A stretch of 64,000 nucleotides of DNA from Bacteroidia bacterium. GTDB taxonomy: Bacteria; Bacteroidota; Bacteroidia; AKYH767-A; OLB10. The DNA is taken from positions 78,901-142,900 of the forward strand of contig DASUFP010000076.1 in NCBI GenBank assembly GCA_036274495.1, in the 5' to 3' direction. Below the pieces are notes generated by a model that was not told where the DNA came from, did no database searches, and was given only the letters and a program-made list of their open reading frames with translations. The position numbers and the translations under genes are program-made. Shown here piece by piece: positions 20,709 to 31,600 of the stretch (positions are counted from its first letter, which is position 1; each line of letters starts with the position of its first letter).

Positions 20709-21520
20709 TTTCGTTTTATCCATGAGAGGGAAACCGAAGGAGTGATTCCAAGGAGCTGATGGTAACCGGTAGCCACATCTACCGAAAGAGCACCTGCGAG
20801 AAAACTGAATCCTAAAGAAAAAGGTATAAATGAATTGGAAACACCGGCTCTGAACGAAAATTTCGGATTAGGCTTGTACTCGGTTCCCGCTCTGAAAAAG
20901 GGAGGAACACCGGGAATTTTTTCAATTTCGAAGAGACATGAGGCTGCTGCAGAAACATCCCATTTCATTCCCGATTTAAACTGCGACGGAATACGGACAT
21001 CTGAGTGGTTGTACTTTGCTCGGGTCGGATTCACTACACTTATACCTAACGAAGACTTGCCCGTTATTTTGATGATGGCTCCGCAGGAAGCAGTTACTCC
21101 CGATCCGGTGTTATAATCACTTGTAAAACGCAATGAATGATATTCGAATCTGACACCGGCCTGTATTTTTTCTCCAAAAGTCCGGGCCATCGCACAGACA
21201 AACACCTGATCGGCGAAATTGGCATTACCGAAACTGCTGCAGGCAAGTGCAGCTGTTGTAGAGGAAACCGGAAATGCGGTCACACATCCCTTTTGCAGGG
21301 TTCCCGGAATCAGAAAACGTGATTCGGCATATGTTCCCGCTCCAAAGGAATGGATTGTTGAAAGTCCGGCGGGGTTATTCAGTGCCGACCACAATCCTGA
21401 CTGGGTAACTGTTGCTCCGGCAAGTGCCAGCGACTGCGATCCTGCGGGAGCGAGACCGCCGAATACTTCCTGAAAATAGAGGAGACTACACAGTGAAACA
21501 AAAAAGCACCGTAAAATCAT
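20705..21520 (-). CDS. Hypothetical outer-membrane beta-barrel (PorV/FadL-like N-terminus)
   Basis: Signal peptide, 'GSQSLALAG...NNPAGL' motif, amphipathic strands, C-terminal SVSLSW. Confidence 0.65.
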   Translation of the reverse strand: MILRCFFVSLCSLLYFQEVFGGLAPAGSQSLALAGATVTQSGLWSALNNPAGLSTIHSFGAGTYAESRFLIPGTLQKGCVTAFPVSSTTAALACSSFGNANFADQVFVCAMARTFGEKIQAGVRFEYHSLRFTSDYNTGSGVTASCGAIIKITGKSSLGISVVNPTRAKYNHSDVRIPSQFKSGMKWDVSAAASCLFEIEKIPGVPPFFRAGTEYKPNPKFSFRAGVSNSFIPFSLGFSFLAGALSVDVATGYHQLLGITPSVSLSWIKRK

Positions 21521-21551
21521 GTCAATAAAATTTAAAAGCGGCTATTGCCGT

Positions 21552-21570
21552 AAAAAAAGGGGCGACCCCT
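21552..21570 (-). terminator. Probable intrinsic terminator after purE
   Basis: Minus strand reads AGGGG-tcg-CCCCT followed by a T-run, 10 nt after the purE stop. Confidence 0.55.
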
Positions 21571-21580
21571 GTTGAAAAGC

Positions 21581-22099
21581 TTATTTTTTTGTCACCGGCT
21601 TAGCTTTCATATCGGCATCGGCCTTCAACACTTTCGTTTTGAGTTCGTTTTTAAACCGGACAATGCGCTGCTGCACCTTTTTGTCGGAAGCGCCTATTAC
21701 CTGTGCTGCCAGTATTCCGGCATTTTGAGCGGCATTCAAGGCAACTGTCGCTACCGGCACACCGTTTGGCATTTGCAGAATCGATAACACCGAGTCCCAG
21801 CCATCAATAGAGTTGGATGATTTTACCGGTACACCAATCACCGGCAAGGGGGTAATAGAGGCTACCATCCCGGGAAGGTGGGCAGCCCCTCCGGCTCCGG
21901 CAATAATGACTTTGAGTCCCCTTCCGGCAGCAGCCTGGGCATATTCGAACATACGGGCGGGAGTACGGTGGGCGGAAACTACCGAAAGTTCACAGGGTAT
22001 TTCCAGTTGCTCGAGAATATCGGCGGCGGCCTGCATCACCGATAAATCGGAAGAAGAACCCATGATAATACCTACCAGTGGTTTTGATTTTTTTGCCAT
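21581..22099 (-). CDS. purE: N5-CAIR mutase
   Basis: VGIIMGSSSD, VVSAHRTP, AGAGGAAHLPGM, LQMPNGVPVATV. Confidence 0.97.
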   Translation of the reverse strand: MAKKSKPLVGIIMGSSSDLSVMQAAADILEQLEIPCELSVVSAHRTPARMFEYAQAAAGRGLKVIIAGAGGAAHLPGMVASITPLPVIGVPVKSSNSIDGWDSVLSILQMPNGVPVATVALNAAQNAGILAAQVIGASDKKVQQRIVRFKNELKTKVLKADADMKAKPVTKK

Positions 22100-22106
22100 A
22101 TCACGA

Positions 22107-22114
22107 CAAAGATA
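22107..22114 (-). promoter_or_regulatory. -7 element (TAnnTTTG) for purE
   Basis: Minus-strand TATCTTTG ending 7 nt before the purE ATG. Confidence 0.6.
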
Positions 22115-22122
22115 CGGATGCT

Positions 22123-22176
22123 TTCGGAATCGCCACCATCGTAAACGATTACAAACGTTTACGATACTTTTCCGAA
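22123..22176. repeat. Inverted repeat / candidate operator between purE and the giant adhesin
   Basis: ATCGTAAACG-N8-CGTTTACGAT (22138-22165) with outer arms TTCGGAA/TTCCGAA. Confidence 0.6.
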
Positions 22177-22616
22177 GTCAAGCAAGTTTTGAAATCCGCA
22201 CCGTCGCATGGTTTCATCGATTCCGGCCCCATAGTGTACAGTCAATAAAAAGTTCGTTAAATACAATTACGGGGTTTTCTGCAAAAAACATACATTTTGC
22301 TGTTTTACAAATATTTATGAACAATGCTTTAAAATTTCAAATCCTTTATTTATTATTACAACAGTATCATAAAAGCTATCCCCCGGCGCAAGAACAAGGA
22401 CCAGTAAATGTAATACCAATTCGTTGTTAGTGAAACTACTCACTCAAACTGAATGAATGCACTTTACTGAATTATTTTTCCTCTTTTCAACCCTCATGTA
22501 CGGGTTTCATGCAGGCTGGCTGTATGAGATCGCCTGCAAATTCAGTTTTTCATTCAGCTGCCCTCCCCCGGCAGACGTGTGCTTATTTCCGGCCAACTTT
22601 AAAATCCTGATAGCAG

Positions 22617-25600
22617 ATGGTAATAAGATACCTGAAAGCAGTTAGCTTATTTCTGCTTGTAAGCCTGTCGGCATACAGCCAGAATTACAACATCACCAAT
22701 TCAACGGTGAACACCTGCGGAGGTAATTTTTACGACTCCGGCGGGAACGGAGGTGCCTACGGCAACAACGAAAATGTTGTAATGACGTTTTGTTCAAACA
22801 GCGCGGGGAATTGTATCCGGCTCACTTTTTCACAATTCAATATCGAAAGCGGTTATGATTTTTTAACCGTTTACAACGGCCCTAACACCGCTTCGCCGGT
22901 GCTTGGGGTTTATACGGGCACTGCAATACCTCCGGTGCTTACTGCGACTACCGGTTGCCTTACCGTTCAATTTACATCCGATCTGGTTATTACCGCGGCC
23001 GGGTGGGCAGCCACCCTATCGTGCGTACCCTGCCCCGCATCCGCATGTCCGACCTGCAACGGCGGTGCTCCGCCTCCAAATGACGCCTGCTCAGGCGCAC
23101 AAAACCTTGGAGCCCTTCCCGTGCCTGCCGCATGTCCTAACGGAGTAGGCGCATGGGCTAACTTTAGTACAACAAACATCTGCGCAACTGCCGAAAATCC
23201 GTATACAACACTGACCGGTTGTCAGCCTGCCGGCAACATGGCTTCACCTGCTACTGATGTATGGTACAGGTTTACTATCACGGGACCTACCCTTAATATC
23301 AATATAGCGGGACTTCAGTCACCCAATATCGGTTTGTATGCAGGCACCAATTGCAGTAACCTCATCGGAAGAGGATGTGCTGTTGGCGGAGGTGGTGTGT
23401 TAAACACCTCTTTCGGAGGACTTGCACCGGGAACCTATTATCTGCAGGTTAGTGGCGGCAATCTGAACGACCAGTGCGATTTTACCTTATCACTTCAGAA
23501 CAATTACGACTGCGCCGGATGTGTCATACAAAGTAATTTCACCGCCAACCCTCCTCCGGTAAACGGCACCTATGCCGCAGGACAAACGGTTGATTTTTGT
23601 TTTAGCATCACCGATTACAACCAGACTTCTGTTAACTGGCTGCATGGCGTTGTTCCATCATTTGGTGCAGGCTGGGATCTTACAACATTAACTACCACAC
23701 CTCCTACCTCCTGTTCGGGTCAGGGCACCTGGTCGTGGTACAATACCACTGTTACCAGCACAGCAACCGGACTGGTAACAGGCCCGGGATTTTATTTCGA
23801 GTCGCCGCTGGGAAATGTGTTAGGAGTTACAGATGGCAATCCCGGAAACAATTACGGTGACAACAATCCGTCAAATTTATGCGACTGGACATTTTGCTGG
23901 ACCATAACCACACTGCCACCGGGGGCGTGCGTCCAAGGCGCTTCGCTTAATATTTCTGTCGACACCTATGGCGACGGAGAGTCGGGCTCATGGACATCTC
24001 TCGCTTGTGTTGGTGATCCGATCCTCGATTTCTTCGCTACGCTGGTATGCTGTACTCCACCTCAAATTGCGGTGGTGAATCCGGTATGCCCGGGTGTTAA
24101 CAATGGGTTGGCAACAGGAACCGGACAAGGCAACGCCCCATGGGATTATGTATGGAAGGACGCATCGGGGACCACCATCCAAACCGCAAACAACATCAAC
24201 GGTTCTAATACACTGAGCAATCTGGCACCCGGCAACTATACGCTTACCGTTACCGACAATGCCAACTGCATTTCCTCCGTAAACTTTACCATTACGGCAC
24301 CGGCACCAATTGCTGCTAATCTTACACTCACACATGTGAGCTGCAACGGTGCGGCAAACGGATCGATAAGTGTTAATGCAAACGGGGGAGTTGCTCCGCT
24401 GTCGTATAGTATTAACGGAGGAGGACAGCAGGCCTCAACACAATTCAACGGACTCGCAGCCGGAAATTATGCTGTTACCGTTACCGATGCAAACGGATGC
24501 ACTTTTGTTGTGAACGGTGTTATCAATCAACCCCCTCCGCTTGTAATTGGTGTTGTTGTGGTAAATGCGTTGTGCGATGGCGCTTCAAACGGATCGGTTA
24601 CCGCAAACGCAAACGGTGGAACTGGCGCACTTACCTACTCTCTTAACGGCGGGCCACAACAGGCATCGGGAACATTTGGAATATTACCGGCAGGAAATTA
24701 CACAGTTGTAGTTACCGATACCAAAGGATGTACGGCATCGGCAGTTGGTGTTGTAAATCAGCCTCCGCCACTTCAGATAGCAGCAGTGTCCGCCAACACT
24801 TTATGCAACAACACTCCAACAGGAACAATTACTGCAAATGCGAACGGAGGAACGGGAGCGCTTGTATATGCTGTCAACGGCGGCGCCAATCAGGCTTCAC
24901 CCGTATTCAACGGATTAAACATCGGCCTTTATAATGTTGTTGTCACTGATGCTAACGGATGTCAGGCATCCGTAAATGTAAACATCAATCAGCCGCCGGT
25001 ATTGCAGGCCGCAATTGCCGGAACCGATATTCTTTGCAATGGCGGAGCAGATGGAACCATTACAGCGAATGCCAACGGCGGCACTGCTGTTTATTCGTAT
25101 TCACTAAACGGCGGAGCAGGACAACCCTCAGGGTCGTTCGCAAACATTACTGCCGGAAATTATACAGTCATTGTCACCGATGCAAACGGATGTACTGTTT
25201 CTGTCAGCACCACATTAAACGAGCCGGCATTATTACAACAAGTAATAGCATCAACAGACGCGCTCTGTTTCGGAAGCAGTAACGGATCGGCAACATCCAA
25301 TGCAAACGGAGGCACTACCCCCTATTCCTATTCGTTGAATGGCGGTGCCGGACAACCATCAGGGGTATTTAACGGACTTACCGCCGGCAACTACACCATA
25401 GTGGTTACTGATGCCAACGGCTGTTCAATAACTGCCAATGTTGCAGTAAACGAACCAACAATGTTGCAGTCGGCAATTGCCGCAACAGACGCTTTGTGTA
25501 ACGGCAGCAGCGACGGAACAATAACTGCAAATGCAAACGGAGGCGTTGCACCCTACACGTATGCACTCAATGGGGGTGCAGGACAACCAACCGGAACTTT

Positions 25601-28600
25601 TACAGGATTAACAGCAGGGAATTATACTGTTGTTGTTACCGATGCAAACGGATGTACGTTCTCATCCGGAACTTCGGTAGCGGAACCTGCCCTGTTGCAA
25701 ACTGCCGCAATAACCTCTGATGCATTGTGTAATGGCAATGGTGATGGTTCGGTAACCGTAAATGCCAACGGCGGAACTGCACCGTATAGTTTTTCATTGA
25801 ATGGTGGCGCATCACAGCCTTCGGGAACATTCAATAACCTTACGGCCGGAAACTATACTGTAATAGTTACAGATGCAAACGGATGCACCGCTACTTCTAT
25901 AAGTGTAATAAGCGAGCCTGTATTACTGCAGTCCGTAATTTCAGCTACCGATGCATTGTGCAACAGCAGTGCCGACGGTACTGTAACGGCAAATGCCAAT
26001 GGAGGCACCACCCCCTATTCCTATTCGCTGAACGGTGGTGCAGGCCAGCCGACGGGAGCATTCAACAGCCTTCCCGCAGGGAACTACACCATTGTGATAA
26101 CAGATGCAAACGGATGTACTACATCGGTAAGTGATGTTATAAATGAACCGGCTGTTCTGCAAATAGCTGCCGTTTCATCCGATGCTCTTTGCTCAGGCAG
26201 TAGCAATGGCTCTGTTACGACAAACGCTAACGGAGGAACTGCGCCTTATACCTTTGCCATGAACGGAGGAGCAGGACAACCCTCAGGAGCTTTCACAGGA
26301 TTACCGGCAGGAAACTACACAGTTGTTGTTACCGACGCAAACGGATGTACCGCTTCGGTAAACAGCAGCGTGAACGAGCCGGCATTACTGCAGGCTGTAT
26401 CAGCAGCAACCGATGCGTTATGCAATGGCAGCAGCGACGGAACAGTGACCTCAAACGCCAATGGGGGAACATTGCCGTACAGCTACACGCTTAACGGCGG
26501 CACATCACAACCCACCGGCTTATTTTCAGGACTTACAGCCGGTAACTATACCGTTGTTGTGACTGATGCAAACGGATGTACAGTATCCAGTAGCACGGTT
26601 ATTAATGAACCTGCAGTGCTTCAAATGGCATTAGCTGCATCTGATGCATTGTGTAACGGAAGTGCTGACGGTACATTAAATACCAATGTAAGCGGCGGAA
26701 CAACCCCCTATTCCTATTCGGTAAACGGAGGCGCTGCGCAAGCCGCAAATAATTTTAACAGCTTACCTGCTGGTAATTATGCAATTACCGTTACCGATGC
26801 TAATGGCTGTTCATTGACCGTAAACAGTGTAATAAACGAACCTGCTCTTTTACAGGCCGGCATAGGCGCAACGGACGCACTCTGTTCGGGCAGCGGCGAC
26901 GGTTCGGTGACGGTAAATGCGAATGGAGGAACAACTCCTTATGGCTATGTGCTCAATGGCGGAACCTCACAAGTGTCGGGTGTATTCTCCGGGTTAACAG
27001 CCGGCAATTATGCCGTGGTAGTAACTGATGCAAACGGATGTACAGTTGCTGTCAATACAACAATCAATGAACCTGCACTGCTTGTTGCGGGCATTTCCGC
27101 CACAGATGCACTTTGTAACGGCAGCAACGATGGCAGCGTTACCGCAAATTCAAATGGCGGGACAACTCCTTACTCCTACTCACTCAACGGTGGCAGTTCA
27201 CAGCCGGCAGGAATTTTTAATAATCTCACAGCAGGAAATTATTCGGTAGTAATTACAGATGCCAATATGTGTACAGCGAGTGTAAGTATAGCAGTTACCG
27301 AGCCACCTGTTTTGCAATCGGCTATTGCCGCAACCGATGCACTTTGTAACTCCAGTGCCGATGGCTCTGTCAGTGCAAATGCAAATGGCGGAACGCCTCC
27401 TTACACGTACTCGCTGAACGGTGGTGCAGGACAACCGGCAGGAATGTTTGCTGCATTAACAGCCGGCAATTACTCAGTTACAGTTTCCGATATCAACGGT
27501 TGCACTGCAGTGTCATCAGTTGCTGTTGGTGAACCAACCGCAATACAGGCAAACACCAACACCACCCCTGCCTCATGCGGCGGCAACGATGGTACTGTGA
27601 CGGTTATAGCAAACGGCGGCACATTGCCCTACCAATACAGCATCGACAACGGTGCTACCTGGCAAGCGACCACAAACTTTGCGGGACTTACTTCAGGCAA
27701 TTATACTGTTTTAGTTGAAGATGCCAACGGCTGTACTTTTTCGGCACCGGCAGCTGTAAACAACACTGCTGCGCCGGTGATCACCGGATCGCCGACTGTT
27801 AACCTCACTTGCTGGAATGCAGCAAACGGCAGTATCACCATTAACAGCAACGGCGGTACCAGTCCGCTTCAATTCAGCATCGACAATGGAGTTACTTTGC
27901 AGCCGGGTAACTTCTTCGGTAATCTGAGTGCAGGATTGTACAACCTGGTGGTAATAGATGTACTGGGCTGTCAGGCAACCGCTAATGTTTCGATTACTCA
28001 GCCGGCGCAACTCACCGTAAACACACAAACCACCAACACAACCTGTTCATACAGCAATGGATCACTCACCTTAAATGCTAACGGCGGAACAGGAGCCTAT
28101 CAGTATAGTGCTAACGGCGGAACAACCTTTCAGAACGGGGCACTCTTTAACGGACTGGCGGCAGGCAACTACCCGGTAGTAGTTACAGATGCCAACAACT
28201 GTACCGCCACTTCCAACGCTGTGATTACAGATGCACCCGGACCGAACCTGAATAACATCACGGTTACCAATGTAACCTGCAACAGTGCCGGCAACGGACA
28301 ACTTACCGTTACGGCAAACGGAGGCTCAGCGCCATTGCAATACAGTATTGACAACGGAGTAACCAATCAGGCCACAGCCCTATTTACCGGTTTAACACCC
28401 GGCAACTATACCGTGTTAGTAACTGATGTCAACGGATGTACAGCCTCTTCGCCCGCTTCCATTACCGAGCCGGCTGCAATACAGTACAGCACTTCAACTA
28501 CTCCGGCCACCTGCGGTAACAGCGATGGCACCTTAACATTTAATGCATCCGGAGGAACAGGATCACTCACTTACAGCATAAATAACGGAACCACCTTCCA

Positions 28601-31600
28601 GGCAGGAGCAGTATTCAACAACCTGCTTGCAAACACCTACAACCTTGTTGTGCAGGATGCAAACGGATGCCAGCTTACGGCAACCGCAACCGTAAACAAT
28701 GCCGCCGCCCCATCCATCTCAACAGCTGCCGGTGTAAACAGTACCTGTAACGGTTCACAAAACGGGACTATCACCATCAATGCCACCGGCGGAACCGGCA
28801 CCTTGCAATACAGTATCAACAATGGTTCAACTTTCCAGTCGTCGTCAGTGTTCACGAATCTGGGGCCGGGAAATTATGCGATAATTGTTGAAGATAACAA
28901 TGGATGTCAGGCTACATCAAATGTGGTACTCACAGATCCGGTTGCTGTTACCTTTTCGGTTGCATCAACCAACTCTGTATGCGGTTATGGAAACGGCACC
29001 GCACTTATTTCCGCATCCGGCGGCACAGGAACACTTACCTACAGCATCAACAACGGCACTACTTACCAATCCGATTCTTTATTTAGTTCATTAGCCGCAG
29101 GCAATTATCAAATTGTGGTGATAGACGCGAACAATTGTACAGCAACCGCCGCGCTGAACATTACCGATGCCCCCGGTCCGGCATTGCAAACTGCAACTGT
29201 TACCAATCTGACCTGCAACGGATCCGATGATGGCGCCTTAGCTTTCATCACCAGCGGCGGCACCGCCCCATTGCAATTCAGCATAGATAACGGAACTACC
29301 TATTCATCTGCATCTGTTTTCAGTGGCCTTACGCCAGGAATTTATCAGGTAGTAATTATGGATGCAAACGGTTGTACCGTCACCGCATCACCAAACATCA
29401 CCGAACCTGCACCCATAAGTGCTTCAGCGGTATCAACACCTGCAACGTGCGGAAGCAACGATGGTACCGTAACTGTTAATGCTTCCGGAGGAAGCGGATC
29501 GCTCACCTACAGCATCAATAACGGTACAACTTTTCAGGCGACCACTTTGTTCAACGCATTAACAACGGGCAACTACAACATTCTCATTGAAGACGCAAAC
29601 GGATGTCAGCTCTCCATAAGCACAACAGTAAATAACAGTGCGGCACCCGTTATTCAGTCGTTTGCTGTTACTGATGTCACCTGCAACGGAAGTGCAAACG
29701 GAACCATTACCATTAACGGCACCGGAGGTACGGCACCACTTAACTTCAGTATCAACAACGGGTTTTCGTTCCAAAGCGGAAATACGTTCAGCAATCTTGG
29801 TCCGGGAACATACAACCTGTTGGTCACCGACGCAAACGGCTGTAATGCTGCTGCACAAGTTCAGGTGCTGGAACCTGCCGCGCTCCAGGCAAATACCTTA
29901 ACAACTCCCGCCACCTGCGGCAATGCAAACGGAACTATTTCTGTAAATGCATCGGGCGGAACAGGTACATTAAACTACTCCGCAAACGGCGGTACTGCCG
30001 TTACCGGGTCGCTCTTTTCGAACCTCGCTCCCGGCCCATATGCAATAACCGTTACCGATGGCAATGGTTGTGTCAAGAATATAAATGCCAATGTCGCAAA
30101 TGCACCCGGACCTGCAGTATCGCTTGTGCTATCCACCAACATTCTCTGTTTTGGCATGGACAACGGCTCTATAGTGGTACTTGCAAACGGTGGTACTGCT
30201 CCGCTGCAGTACAGCATAAATGGCGGCATTAACTTTTATACCACACATGTATTTGATTCGATTGGCCCCGGAAATTATTCTATAATTGTTTCGGATGCTA
30301 ATGGATGTACCGTAACCGGCAACTCCATCATTACCCAACCCACACAGGTGAATTTTACGGTGAACGTTGCTGATGCTACTTGCGGAAACAACAACGGAAC
30401 CATCACCTTTAACGCAAGCGGCGGATCGGGCAACTACACCTACAGCATCGATAATGGTTTAACTTACCAGGCTTCAAATGTTTTCAGCGGACTGTACGCG
30501 GCAAATTACGATGCTGTGGTGAGAGACGGAACCGATTGCACGAGCTACAACATGGTGCCGGTAAACAACACCTCCTCCCCTGCAATTAATTCAATGCCTG
30601 TAAACAACATCAGTTGTTTTGGTGCCGGAAACGGTTCAATTCAGGTGAATGCCACCGGTGGTGCTGCCCCGTTATCCTATTCGGTAAACGGCGGATTCAG
30701 CTGGCAATCATCGGGTGCATTTAACAACCTGAGTCCGGGGAGCTATCAGATAATAGTGACAGATGCCAACGGCTGCAGTGTTACTTCAGCGGCACAGCTT
30801 ACACAACCCGCGGCCATTGTTGCAAATGTTACTACTACAACAGCTACATGCGGAAACAGTGACGGCACACTTTCGGCGGTCGCAAACGGCGGATCGGGAG
30901 CATTAAGTTACAGCGTAAACAGCGGACCTGCTCAGCCTTCGGGACAATTTACCAATCTCGCTGCCGGAAATTATAATATTGTGATAACGGATGCTACCGG
31001 ATGTTCTCTTTCGGCAGTCGGATCCGTAAGCAACACCAATTCTCCGGTTATTTCTGCTGTCAGTTCTGCATCACCCAATTGTAACGGTTCAGCAAACGGA
31101 TTTATTTCCATCACCGCTGGAGGTGGTACCGGATTGCTGAATTATAGTATAAACAACGGGACTAGTTATCAGCCCGCCGGTATGTTTAACGGATTGTCAG
31201 GAGGATCCTATTCTATAGTAGTCCTTGATTCAACCAATTGCATTACCACTGCAAACGTAACCCTCATTGAGCCTGCTCTGCTTTCAATCAACCTGCTGGC
31301 AACCAATGCCACCTGCGGTACTAACAATGGAACATTAGCTATTTTGAGTTCCGGTGGAACAGGGGCCCTTTCGTTTAGCATCGACAATGGTGTAACCTAT
31401 CAGGCAGTAACTAATTATCCGGCACTTGCACCGGCAACTTACCAGGTAGTAGTGATGGATAACAATGGATGTTCAGCAAGCGCTTCTTCCGCAATTGTGA
31501 ATATTCCCGGACCAGTTGTCAGTACTTTGACAGCGCATCAGATTACCTGTCATGGAGCAGCAAATGGCGCTATAACTATTAATATGACAGGCGGTACCGC

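Noticed and set aside
21813-22430. 205-aa plus-strand ORF, and other long shadow ORFs (e.g. 10500-10940, 10991-11416, 13285-13833, 17235-17765, 43618-44139)
   Set aside because: They lie antisense to or overlap well-supported genes and have no recognisable motifs.
22457-22645. 62-aa ORF upstream of the giant adhesin as a leader peptide
   Set aside because: It has no attenuator structure or informative codon runs, and it overlaps the adhesin start in another frame.
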